64,000 bases of DNA from positions 62,001-126,000 of the forward strand of contig JAQGDQ010000260.1 of the NCBI GenBank assembly GCA_030141605.1. The letters are read 5' to 3'. Below, in pieces: positions 27,301-40,300 of the stretch. The notes under the pieces were generated by a model. The model saw only the letters and a list, made by a program, of their open reading frames with translations. It was not told the origin of the DNA and did no database searches. The stretch is from Tubiluchus corallicola. Lineage: Eukaryota; Animalia; Priapulida. The translations under genes were made by a program, and so were the position numbers. How positions within the stretch are numbered: the first letter of the stretch is position 1; each line of letters begins with the position of its first letter.

Positions 27301-30300
27301 TTTATTGTAGTGCTGTTCAAATGTAACTATGCACAATGTACTGCACACGCGTAAGTATGGACCAATTTTTTTTAAAATAATACCTTTTCTTGTATCCTGT
27401 AAAAATAACATTTTTTTAATTTCGATAGAAGATGATGATGAGCGGTTACGTGGTCCAAACGTTCCACAAATTCTGAAGAGTTTGCCACCCAAGACACCAG
27501 CTCCTCTTCCGGCTCTGACTCCGTATGCAAAGGAGATGCTGTATGATCTACTGAATGCATTGATCGTGAAAATTGAAGAACCACCTGAAGACGGTATGTT
27601 GGGCATCTAAATTTCTGTTATTTTTAATTGATTTTATAAAGTTTTTGTAATCAAAAGTTGAAAAACCCATAAAAGGAATATATTAATCTTTGTTTATATG
27701 GTGGAGCTTGTTAAGATTTGAAGAATTGGATTAGGTAATTTTGAAATGTGTTGGTAAATGCAAGTGATTTATTAAGCAGGCTGTATCTCAATAAAACTTA
27801 GTTCTAAATTCTTTTTATCCTGTTGCAATTCGTACTAGCAACAATTCATTATCTCAGTAGATTTGCAATATTCTCTGTATTATACATTTTGCAATAGCAC
27901 CTTATGCAGCAATTGTTTGAATTTACTGCAGCCATTTTTCTTTTATTTGTTTTATTTAACTTTTATTTGTTGTACACAGAAACCGCACAAATTTCATTAT
28001 ATGTATTATAGTGACAAGAATTGCTTACTTACTATTTTGCTATTTCTTGACTGTACTATGTGACGCATATGTACTTACGCATGTGTTAAATTCAGATTTT
28101 GAAATTATTTTTATGGTTGAAACATTGCTCTGTCCACTTGAACAAACTATTTGCACTGAGCAAATGTCTCTAAAAAATTTGCTCAGATCTCTTATCATTA
28201 ATGATGCATAAACATACAACATTTATTTATTTATTACTTATTATTTGTTTATTTATTATTCATTTTACTGTTGAGATTCTTTTTCAATATTTTTGTTTTA
28301 GAATCTAAAGAAGATAAGAAAAAAGACCAGGGGAAAATTATGTCCTCCAGCTCAGCAAACAGTTCACAGACTGATTTTCCTGACATGGATTTACTACAGG
28401 AACTAACAGACAGTCCTCAGGTAAGCAAGACAACTCAGGAACTAACAGACAGCCCTCAGGTAAGCAAGACAACTCAGGAACTAACACATAGTCCTCAGGT
28501 AAGCAAGACAACTCAGGAACTAACAGACAGCCCTCAGGTAAGCAAGACAACTCAGGAACTAACAGACAGTCCTCAGGTAAGCAAGACAACTCAGGAACTA
28601 ACAGACAGTCCTCAGGTAAGCAAGACAACTCAGGTACTAACAGACAGTCCTCAGGTAAGCAAGACAACTCAGGAACTAACAGACAGTCCTCAGGTAAGCA
28701 AGACAACTCAGGAACTAACAGACATCCCTCAGGTAAGCAAGACAACTCAGGAACTAACAGACATCTCTCAGGTAAGCAAGACAACTCAATGACTAACGGA
28801 CAGTCCTCAGGTAAGCAAGACAACTCAGGAACTAACAGACATGCCTCAGGTAAGCAAGACAACTCAATGACTAACGGACAGTCCTCAGATAAGCAAGACA
28901 ACCAACTCAGGAACTAACAGATAGTCCTCATGTAAGCAAGGCAACTCAGGAACTAACACATAGTCCTCAGGTAAGCAAGACAACTCAGGAAGTAACACAT
29001 AGTCCTCAGGTAGGCAAGACAACTCAGGAACTAACACATAGTCCTCAGGTAAGCAAGACAACTCAGGAACTAACAGACATCCCTCAGGTAAGCAAGACAA
29101 CTCAGGAACTAACAGACAGTCCTCAGGTAAGCAAGACAACTCAGGAACTAACAGACAGTCCTCAGGTAAGCAAGACAATTCAGGTACTAACAGACAGTCC
29201 TCAGGTAAGCAAGACAACTCAGGAACTAACAGACAGTCCTCAGGTAAGCAAGGCAACTCAGGAACTAACAGACATCCCTCAGGTAAGCAAGACAACTCAG
29301 GAACTAACAGACATCTCTCAGGTAAGCAAGACAACTCAATGACTAACGGACAGTCCTCAGGTAAGCAAGACAACTCAGGAACTAACAGACATGCCTCAGG
29401 TAAGCAAGACAACTCAATGACTAACGGACAGTCCTCAGATAAGCAAGACAACCAACTCAGGAACTAACAGATAGTCCTCAGGTAAGCAAGACAACTCGGG
29501 AACTTTTAGACAGTCCTCAGGTAAGCAAGACAACTGCTGAGATCACGAATATTCTTAAATGTCAATAAAAGTGAAGTTTAATGCGGATTTTAAAAACTCA
29601 TGTTATGACATTATGTCATACTTTGTTACAATCATGCATGAATAGTGTGCTCATGTTTTCAAACCTCTTCAAATATTTATGATATATTTCAACAACCATA
29701 TCAAACTTCGTAGGCTGACATGTTTCTTTAAGATAGGCAATTATCTTTTTTGTTTTTTTTTGTGCTAAGATTAGTAAAATGTTAGTGGATCCAGTTAGTT
29801 CTGTTAGTGGATAAGAATACCGCATGACTTATGACAGCTGTACTATGTGACTCGAGACAATAAGACCGACACACTTTGCCAGGATTTCCATAGTTACAAA
29901 CGTTAATAAAATTATTTTGAAACTTTATGCATCCAAATGTTAGGGATAAATATAAATAAAACCTATGATAGTATTTTGTTGTGGCAAACATCTATAATTA
30001 TCAGAAAATCGATAAGTTTTTCTTTCGAAATTGTATGAATTTGCTGTACAGGCTATCAGCAACAATTCCCAGTATATTGTCTTTAATTGTACCATGTTGT
30101 TTAATAATGCTTCTGATACAATTCTCTGTGGATGTAGAATGAAAACAGAAACGATTTTTTCTTATGATTATTTTTGATTGGGAACATATGTTCATGATTG
30201 TCATTAATCAATATAGTTTTAAGTTGGTTTTCTGTTTATAAACTATATGGACATCACAACATTTTCTTGATGATTGTAGTGCTGAATAAAGATGGTGATT

Positions 30301-33300
30301 GAAAAGAACAGGAATTTTTCACTGGTGTTGAAACAATATTTGATTTGAAATAGCTGTGCAAAATGTCACGCTATTGGTATTGGCATATGATGCGGTTTCC
30401 AGCACGTTCAATTCAAATGGACATTAAATGCGTTCATTTGTCTCTGTGCAACTTTATTTACTCATTCTACATTTGTTTAAGGTTGGAAGGATCACTGTTG
30501 TTGCTAATCTACAGGGCAAGGTCAAATCGAAGGACACTACGACAAAAGATACTAAAGCTGACAAGGCGGCTAAGAAAAATCGACCCCTAGTGTCTAAATC
30601 AGCAATATGTCGTATCCTAGCTGAGTTGGTGAAGTCATATACCGGCTGTGCGAGCCTCATTGCTCAACACACCTATCATTCTGGGCAGAGTGAACTGATT
30701 ACTGAGGTTTGTGTATATTTGTTAACTCAATGGTTTAACTTTAACTGGACAGAGAGTGTTTTTGATGTCTAAAGACAACTTTTGAAGTGAATATGCTGAA
30801 GTTTATTTTAATAGTTTGTAAAAATGAATTGGTGGCAAATGCTGTTTTGGTATGCATAAATATATAAATCTATAGGTTACGATCATTAATTAGCTAGGTT
30901 ACCAACCACAGTCATAATTTAACTAATTAATTAAATTAACTACTTTAACGGTGTTAGAAATTTTTATGGTCTCGACTAGTCTTAAATTGATTATACTAAT
31001 TGCAGTATTAGTCGCAATATAAAATTGCTAAATTTAAATGCAATCAAATGTGAAAATAAATAATTTATTTATCTGTGTAATAGCCGTGTGCTGCCCTGGC
31101 ATTTGTACTGGACAATCTCTTGCCTGCCGGTCAGCAGTCTTCCGATGACGACTGTCCAGCTTTAGCCAGGGTGTTACTAGCCTCCATTGCCGCATGCAAT
31201 AACTCTCCCGATGCACAAACGTCATTGGTCACGGACATACGGGGTAGGAATACGTGTTCTTCAATTTTTTTGCTTTTCATAATAAATAGCATTCGGTGTT
31301 CAGTGAATTCGGTTTATAGTGTTTGCGGCTTCTTTCTTGGTGCAATAGTGTAGAAACAGACACCTGTTTCCTGATGTCTTTTTTCCATTTTAAACTTAAA
31401 AGGTGCATGTAACTATTTAATATTTGTAATTACTCATGCCCTTTCATGAAACTACAAGTGTTCAAGTGCTTCGTAAATTTTTAAACAGTGGTACTGTTTA
31501 GTGAGCTTAGTTTGGGTCGAATCTTTGAGCACATTAATTGATATTATTAAGACTTGTGTCACAGAGAAAGGCGTAAGATGCTCAAAATGGCCTGTGAGAA
31601 GCCTACCACGGATTATGGCTGATGGCTTATGGTAGTCAAAACGCTGTAGGTGGAGATAGCTAATGCATTTTCATGTGTGACAGAGTATTATGTATTGTAA
31701 CATGTATTATCTGTGTGACAGGGACTATTGGTTAACAAACGTTTATTTTTCATGAGGCGGTTTTTTTCTCCTCGCGACTTACGCCTTCCATCTCTGTGTG
31801 ACAAGGACCTAAGAGAGAATCATTGCAATATGTGGCATGTAATTGTATTATGCTGTACCTGTTTGCACTATGTGAACAATTTACTGTACAAATACAAGCA
31901 AGAGTAGTCCAGAATAATTTTTGCTCTATGTATATATTCATATATGTGCATATATTTCCTTTAATTGGTGAAAAGACCAATTATTATAAGACCATTATTT
32001 GCCGCATCACTTGACATTACTGGCTGGTTTAATGCCCGCAGTGGCTTGTAATACGGCAAGAGAAGTTGCCAAGTCTGCTTCCAGGAAAATTTGCTGTAAA
32101 TTTTTCTGGCAATGAAACTTGAAACAACTAATTTACAGTTAACTACGAAATTAAATTTTCCACGTAAGAAATTAAAATGAAGTTTTGGCACGCTTTTTTA
32201 TTGTTTTATTTTGTTTGATTTCTTTGCGTTTTTGAAAAAATATAGCTGTATTGTCCACTTAAAATGCTCAATTGTTTTTGCTTTTAGGTTCATTACAGAG
32301 AGCTCTTGCTCTGCCTGAAAGCTTAGAGAAACATTCACGGATTCAGGCTTTAACAAACATCGTTAGCACGATTATTGAGAACTGTCCTTCCTCCAACAAC
32401 AACAACAATCCACTGCCATTACTGAAATCTCAGCTGGTGAGCTGCTCTCTTTTAGTGTTGTTTGAAACATGTAGAAAAAGTCGGTGACAACATACTGTAC
32501 TTGACAATCCAAGATGAAGCTCTTGTTTATTTTTTATACAAAATTTGTAATTAATGTGGTTACTGACAGTTGTCATCCTGTTTTTGAATTAAAGGAACAT
32601 TTATCGTTGCTTCTTGATATTGTTGGTCAAAACGTGCATTGGCAGTCAATGACTTTAACTAGCACGGTGCTGCTAATTTTCAAAAATCACAAAAGCAAGC
32701 TTGATCAAAGGATTTTTGTTCTGTTACTCGTAGTCAATAATTGACATAAACAGTCAAAAGTGCCAAAAAAATAAAATAAAAGCAACTTGTCCCAATAGCA
32801 TCAAGTGTTATAATAAAACTAAAACCCTTGCTACACTTAAGTATAAACTTTGAAATAGTGTTTTTACTAAAAGTTAGTAATTGGTTATTTACTAGCAACA
32901 AGTAATCAATTTTTCTTCGTCTTAAAAATGAATTTTTCAGTTAGGATGGGATCATAATCATTTAACAGAGAATAACCACAGTATCGAGTCTAAAGATTTT
33001 GTAAATAATGAAATCGAGTCATGTCCGGTAATTATTTAATGGAAAACCAGACCCAATCTTAAACTGTAGGTCAATCTGCTCTTTAAAATATTGAAAGGAA
33101 ACATATTATTTTTTTAAAAATGACTTACATGAAAGAATTATAATCACGCAAACACAATTTCGCGCTTGCGCCACTAGTTCTTCGCTGTTACATGCATTTC
33201 GCCATTCACTAGTTAGACGGGCACTTGCACCTGCATTTCGGAAACGCTTTGCAAAAAAACGGGTGCTGTACCTCTTAGTTTAGATGTGCTAGTTTCTGAC

Positions 33301-36300
33301 AAACTACGCACGTTCGACGGCTCGTGTGAGCACAGTGGTAAATTTGAAATTTGAATTTTTATCTTAAAACTTGTCTAGTTTTAGTACAACACATTGAATA
33401 TCTTACAGTAGCACTGTGCTTCAATGTTCTCTCACAAAGACGCTCATGGAATGTTTTTGGTGTTGAAAATTATGCTAGTTTGTGATGTCATCAATAGCTG
33501 AGCTCGCCCGCTGTTAATTAAGTTTTTAATTTATTATTTAATTATCAGAAGCGCTTTTGCAGTACTAATTGTGTTAAAATGAATACTTTTTATCGGACTT
33601 GAAAATGTGGTAGTGTATGAAATATCATCCTGTCTTCCTTTAAGGTAAAAACTCTAATAAACGACCCATAACAGAACAGTAGACAACATCTTACTATAAG
33701 TGAGAAAACCTCTGTTTGTTTCTCAGACTGTTGGTGAGGTACAAGCTTATACGAGTATATTTTATTTTTCCCAGGGCATGAACAGCATGATTAAGGTTCT
33801 AATTAAGAAAGGGGTTGTGACAGACTTGGCCAGGATTCCACATAATCTTGATCTCTCTAGTCCTAATATGGTCAATACGGTCAACGCAGCCTTGAAACCG
33901 CTGGAGACGATATCTCGCATTGGTGAGTATCCCTTTCTCTGATAAATTTAGCTCTTGTCAGTTCTGTTGCTCATTGTTCATTGTTTAAGTTTATTGTTTT
34001 ATGAAAGACAATGCCATGCTGTTTAATCACTCATTACAAACAGCAGGTGTCGTGTGTGAGACACAATCAATATAAATCTTTTCGAAGGTGCAAATCGTTT
34101 AAAAGTATTTCGTTTTGTTAGTCTTAAAGCTGTTCAGCAATTAATCAGTCAACATGTTAATTGCTGTCTGTTAATGACAGTACAAGTGGAATATACAGTA
34201 AGTCCTCGCTTAACGACGCTAGTGCGTTGCAACAAAATGCGATGTTAAGTGAAATGTTGTTAAACACATACCAAGACCTTCGTAGAAAGTAATGTAAAAC
34301 AATTGAGATGTGTTCCGAAGGTGAAAGTCAATGTTGCTTATATCATATAAACTAAACGTTTTGTGGGTTTTATTCATATTTCTACTGATTAATTTCTTTC
34401 TGTTTGCTTGAAACCACCTATCTTTCTTACCATTATCTAGCTAGACTTGCCAGAGGTTTCTCTTTCCTTAACGGTGAAGCCTATTTATAGACAGTTAGTG
34501 GTTAAACACTGCGTATTTAAAACTAAGCCGTGCATGGAGGACATTGAGATGATTTCATGTAGTACTAATCTGGTTGTTATAGCAAGAGGTTGCAAACAAA
34601 ATTCCTTGGCATAAAGTTTAAACCTCGGGTGTCTGGAGGCGAGTAAATCAGCAAATAGATGTTGCTTGATACAAACGGCTAAAATTTAATACATAGTCAG
34701 TCGGGAAGCAAAGGCATTACAGTAATTATACTGTTTTGGTTACTAATGCGTTTTTAGAACAGAATAATGCAATGTGTACCGTTTTAATGCTTCAAATTAT
34801 GTAAAAATAAGTTGCTGATAAAATAAAAAATGGCTGTGAGCAAAGTAAAAAAAATTACGGAGTGTCATTAAGTGAGAAAAGGTATTAAATGCTCAGCTTC
34901 TAAACGGGAAATCGTTAAGCAAGGACTTACTGTATTAGGTAACTGAAATTTTCTTTTGACAAATTGCACTGCAAATTTTCAGCATTGTCATAGATCTAGA
35001 TAAGATTGTCATTTTCAAGAAGCCGTTTATAATTTGTAAGAAAAGACAAGATCAAGGGCATCTTCTTCTACTTTCTTACTTATGTACGCTGGGTATTATT
35101 GCACCAGAGCTTCCCCGCAATATTTGCAAACACTTCTATCCTGGATTAATTTTGTGGCTTACGGTAATTAACATTTGAGTGAATTTTATGCAGATTACTG
35201 CCGTAAAAGTTTTATTGTTGAGTAAACCATTTGTCTCTGTTCTTTTGCTAGTTAATCAGCCATCTCCATCTAACAAGCTAAACAGCAAGAACAATAAAAC
35301 AACCGCCGCTGCTGAAACCACTAATGTTAATGATGCGACGTCACATGAACCGATTGACAGCCAAGCTACTGATATAGAAGCTAACGAACAAACTGACAAT
35401 GAAGCTGATGAGACAGGTAGGATGCTTTTAGCTGGAGATTTAGCTGAGTGGTCATAATATGTGCGTGACTGCAGTAGTTAAGTAATATTGAGCTTGGTTA
35501 TTAAATTGATATTTGTTCCAGTCACATTTTATCTGTTCACTAATGTCATTATTTGTGTTTCATAAAAGTTGAATAAAGGTCTTAATGACTTTATTGTAGC
35601 AAGTAGAGTATTCATTCATTTCATATTTTGAAGATCCTACATTTTCTTCTTGTAATTCTGGTTTTTAAAGACATTATATTTTTATCTTAGTGCCATATAA
35701 TAATAACAAAAATAATACAGTTCCATAAGGGAATATGTTTAAAAATCAGGAGTCTCTTTTGCACTCCCAATGAAAAAGGGATCATGGTTGTCTATTGGCT
35801 TTACTTAATCATAAATTTTCATCATGAAACTGTAAGGTATTTCATAACGTGTTGAATTGTATACATACTAGTTACTTTTAACCACAGCAATTGAGCAAAC
35901 TTTATGATTGAATTTCTATAAAAAGTCATACAAGATATTGAGTAGTGATATTTACATTTTTTACGACTGGATGGATACTATTTGTGATGAACTAGTGGCT
36001 TGCTTAATTAAGTATAGGCAAGTTAAATTTTTGGTTAGTTGCTAATGGTTTTATAGATCTATTAACAAATTTGTGTTACATCATGTATGTATAAATTATT
36101 GTCTGTTGGGCCCACAATAAAAATATTTCTGTTTCCGTCTGGTCGCCCGGGATAAATATTTTTCTATCCTTGGTCGGGAATTTTATAATTTTTTGTACGT
36201 TTATATACTTAACTGACGCAGTTATATCAAAGTATATATTTTTTAATTTAAAATATAAAACGCAATAGTTATTATAACATTGTTGTTTCGGCGAGATGCA

Positions 36301-37360
36301 GCCGTGTTTTTCTACAGCTAACTCTCAGCCAGCGTTGTCATTTTGTATGATGCTGATTTTCGTATTTAAGGCTAAAAATATTGTATTTTCTGCCAAATCA
36401 GAATATTAACAGCTCAGTAGTGTTGCCGCTCATGCCTTAATTATCAGTACATGTGTTCATACGGTACGAAAAAGACACTATACGATAATCGATAATCATA
36501 CAATAATTTAGTAATGCGAAACAAAAAAAAACTAAAAAACGTGAAAAAATGTGCATTGAAAAAATTTAAAACATTGCTGCTAACAAGTGACAAATAAACA
36601 TTTTAAATGATTTTAAATATTCCACGATTCAGCACTAACATTCACAAAGCTTTAAAGACATTTTTGGGCTTTTCCTCCCTCACTACTGACCTCTTTTGAG
36701 CTCGTGAGGTAAGACAGAAACAATTTTTTCTGTGGCCGTCTTTGTATGAAGTATTAAAGGAAGTATCTGAACATCTGAACTAAATGTCAATTCAAATTCA
36801 CTATATCATCTTCTAAGACATTAAAGCAAAAAAACAGAAACCTGATGTGTTTCTCAAGCTATAACCTTACTTGTTTAAGCATTGTCTAAGTTATTTGTTC
36901 CTACAGGTTTGTTTACGGACATGCAAATGGTCGATGCAAGCAGGGGTGAGAGCGAAAACCGTCTGTTCTTGGAGGCTGCGGCTCACGAGCTGGAAAATAT
37001 CGTGGATCAACTACTTGAGGGGGTGACCGGTGGCGGCCAGGGTGGAGAAGACATCATCATCACCACTTCAGAGGGAGATGACGATATGCTGAACATGAAC
37101 ACCATGCACGACTCGCAGATGAACGAACGTGATGATGAAGAGCAACAGCATGGTGAGTTCTTGCAAATATGAATCAATAAGTATTTCACAGCTCCAGCGA
37201 TTGATGGTGATCGTGAAAAGGTCAATTAAGTGTACCAGACAATGCATTTGTGTACACTCGACAATGCCTCGCATCCCGTGCTATTAATCAATCAATTAAT
37301 CAATCAATCGGTCAATAATCAATTAATCAATCAGTCAGTTAGTCATTCATAATCAGTCAG

Positions 37361-37391
<31 letters not shown>

Positions 37392-40300
37392 GTCAGTCAG
37401 TCAGTCAGTCAGTCAGTCAGTCAGTCAGTCAGTCAGTCAGTCAGTCAGTCAGTCAGTCAGTCAGTCAGTCAGTCAGTCAGTCAGTCAGTCAGTCAGTCAG
37501 TCAGTCAGTCAGTCAATCAATCAGTCAGTCAATTGGTCAATCAATTAATATGTTTATTTGTGTCAATGGTCACATTACATTACAGTACATGCAATTATAA
37601 TACAATATATACACAGAGACGGGGTGGCGAAAACCAAACAGTTGCCGAGTCGAGCCATGCCTAACTCATATATTTAAATCAACAATAAATTACAGTGGCA
37701 GAAAAGCAAGGGAGTGAAATTAAGTAAATTTAATTTATATTCATTGTGAAAAACTTAAGCTCAAATTAAATAGAAATTGGAAAAAGGGCAAAATTATCAG
37801 TGAAAATGTATCACGTGTTATTGAATATATAATTATTATTTAAATCACTAGTTACACTGTATAATATAATAGTTTGCCGGTGTAAGACTGGAATCATAAT
37901 GGCAATAAGAAATATAATAAGGCATAAAAAAGCAACTTAACAATGCATTATAGCTGCTTAAGAAAGCAGCAAAACAAAATGCAAATTAATGTGCTACGTG
38001 GGTGTGCTTTATAGGCATGTATTAGCAGCAATTTAAAAATGTTATTTAATAGTAACAGTTTTAACAGCTAGATAAAACCTTACCTTGTTCATTTTTTTTG
38101 TTCTCAGGCAAGATCCTGCTAGTAAATCACTCTACGCACAGACTAATACGTAATTAAGTAAAGTCCACATAAAAAACTGTCACTGAACTCATGCTGCAGA
38201 TGGCTTTGCTTTACACACACGCCACATGATGGTTGTAAATAAGATGCGTAGCTGTGGTATGATTTACTTTTGATCTGCAGCAACTGCGCATGCGCACAAC
38301 GAAACCGTGAAAAGACTTATTCAGCTGCTTCATCTATTTCAGCATGATTTTCATTATTGCCCGGTAAATTTAAGCACATTTCACATAAAAGTGCTATGAT
38401 TATCAGTCACTGGTTGAAAACAAATGTGTTGAAAGTAGGGCATATCTGGGCAAAATGGCGCCTATGAAATTACGCCTCTATCAAACATCTGACACAAATC
38501 TTTTTTTAATTTTGCATATTTTATTCAAATATACCTCGAGAGTGTTGTAGTAGGATACAGAATGAACTATTTTACACAATAATTTACGAAGTTTCGTAAC
38601 ACATACATAAAAAGACATCATATATTTGGAGAATATTTATTTTTTTAGAAACTGCTTAGTGGCACCTAGGGTGAACGCCAAACCTGTCATACCCTTGATA
38701 TGCCACTGACTAAAAGCATTAGTGTTTGTTTAAGTTTTTTCAGTGCAAAATGTATTTTTATCTGAACCAACAGCAAGTTCTGCAGATATAACTTATTTAC
38801 ACCAGTGGCAGTAATAGTGGTAGAGCTGTTTACTGTTATGCTGTCTTACTGATGCCGTCTGTGTTTCATTCATTAAATTCTCTCTCTGTCTCATTCATTA
38901 ATCTTATTATTATGATGAGCTCAGCTTTTTTCTTCTTTTAATGCTGCTGTTATTGTTGCAGATGTTGAGTCAGAGTCGGGATCTTCTAGCACGACCTCAC
39001 ACTCAGAACATGATGAGGGAGCCACCGAGGATGACGATAATGAGGAGGACGATGGAGGAGGAGATGATAATGGCGAAGAAGATGATGATGATGACGATGA
39101 TGATGAGGTATGCATTACTCACGATCTTTTTCGTGTTTTCATGAAAAAGCTGTCTGTAATTTGGAAACGCGGAGCGATCAGACTTTGAACAAGACTAGCT
39201 TACTTGTGTTTGTGTTTGTTTTTTTGAATTTTGACACCATTTTTGTGTTTCTTAATTGTCAGACGTCGTGTACGTATATGTCATATGCTATTTTTGTATC
39301 TGTGTTTTAGTTGTCGGACTCCATTTGTGTTCGATTTTCAGTTGTCAGACAAGGTTTGTGCTCTTTTTTCACTTGCCATACATGATTTATGTTTATTTTG
39401 TCAAACATGGTTTATGTTTATTTTGTCAGATGCTGTTTGTGTTTATTTTGTCAGACATGGTTTATGTTTATTTTGTCAGACATGGTTTATGTTGATTTTG
39501 TCAGACGTGGTTTATGTTTATTTTGTCAGACGTGGTTTATGTTTATTTATCAGACATTTATGTTGATTTTGTCAGATGCTGGTTTGTGTTTATTTTGTCA
39601 GACGTGGTTTATGTTTATTTTGTCAGACGTGGTTTATGTTTATTTTGTCCGACGTGGCTTATATTTATTTTGTCAGACGTGGTTTATGTTCATTTTGTCA
39701 AACATGATTTATGTTTATTTTGTCCGACGTGGCTTATATTTATTTTGTCAGACGTGGTTTATATTTATTTTGTCAGACGTGGTTTATGTTTATTTTGTCC
39801 GACGTGGCTTATATTTATTTTGTCAGACGTGGTTTATGTTTATTTGTCAGACGTGGTTTATGTTTATTTTGTCAGACGTGGTTTATGTTCATTTTGTCAA
39901 ACATGATTTATGTTTATTTTGTCCGACGTGGCTTATATTTATTTTGTCAGACGTGGTTTATGTTTATTTTGTCAGACATGATTTATGTTTGTATTTTAGT
40001 TATCAGACGTGGTTTATGTTTATTTTGTCCGACGTGGCTTATATTTATTTTGTCATAGACGTGGATTTATGTTTATTTTGACTGCAAGAACGTGATGACT
40101 TTATGTTTATTTTGTCTAGACGTGATGTTTCCAGGTTAGTTTATGTTTGTTCAGACGTGGTTGCTATGTCCTTAGTTATTGTCAGACATGATTCTCACTA
40201 AGTTTATTTTGTACCGACGTGGCTTATATTTATTATTGTCAGACGTGGTTGTAGTGTTTATTTGTCAGACGTGGGATTTATGTTTATTTTGTCAGACAGT

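Noticed and set aside
28338-29451. Two ~188-aa minus-strand ORFs ([13 protein letters not shown] repeats)
   Set aside because: They are the antisense reading of the 39-bp minisatellite; there is no independent evidence of a gene.
28397-29535. CRISPR-like array
   Set aside because: Units are contiguous and near-identical with no unique spacers, in a eukaryotic intron-exon context.
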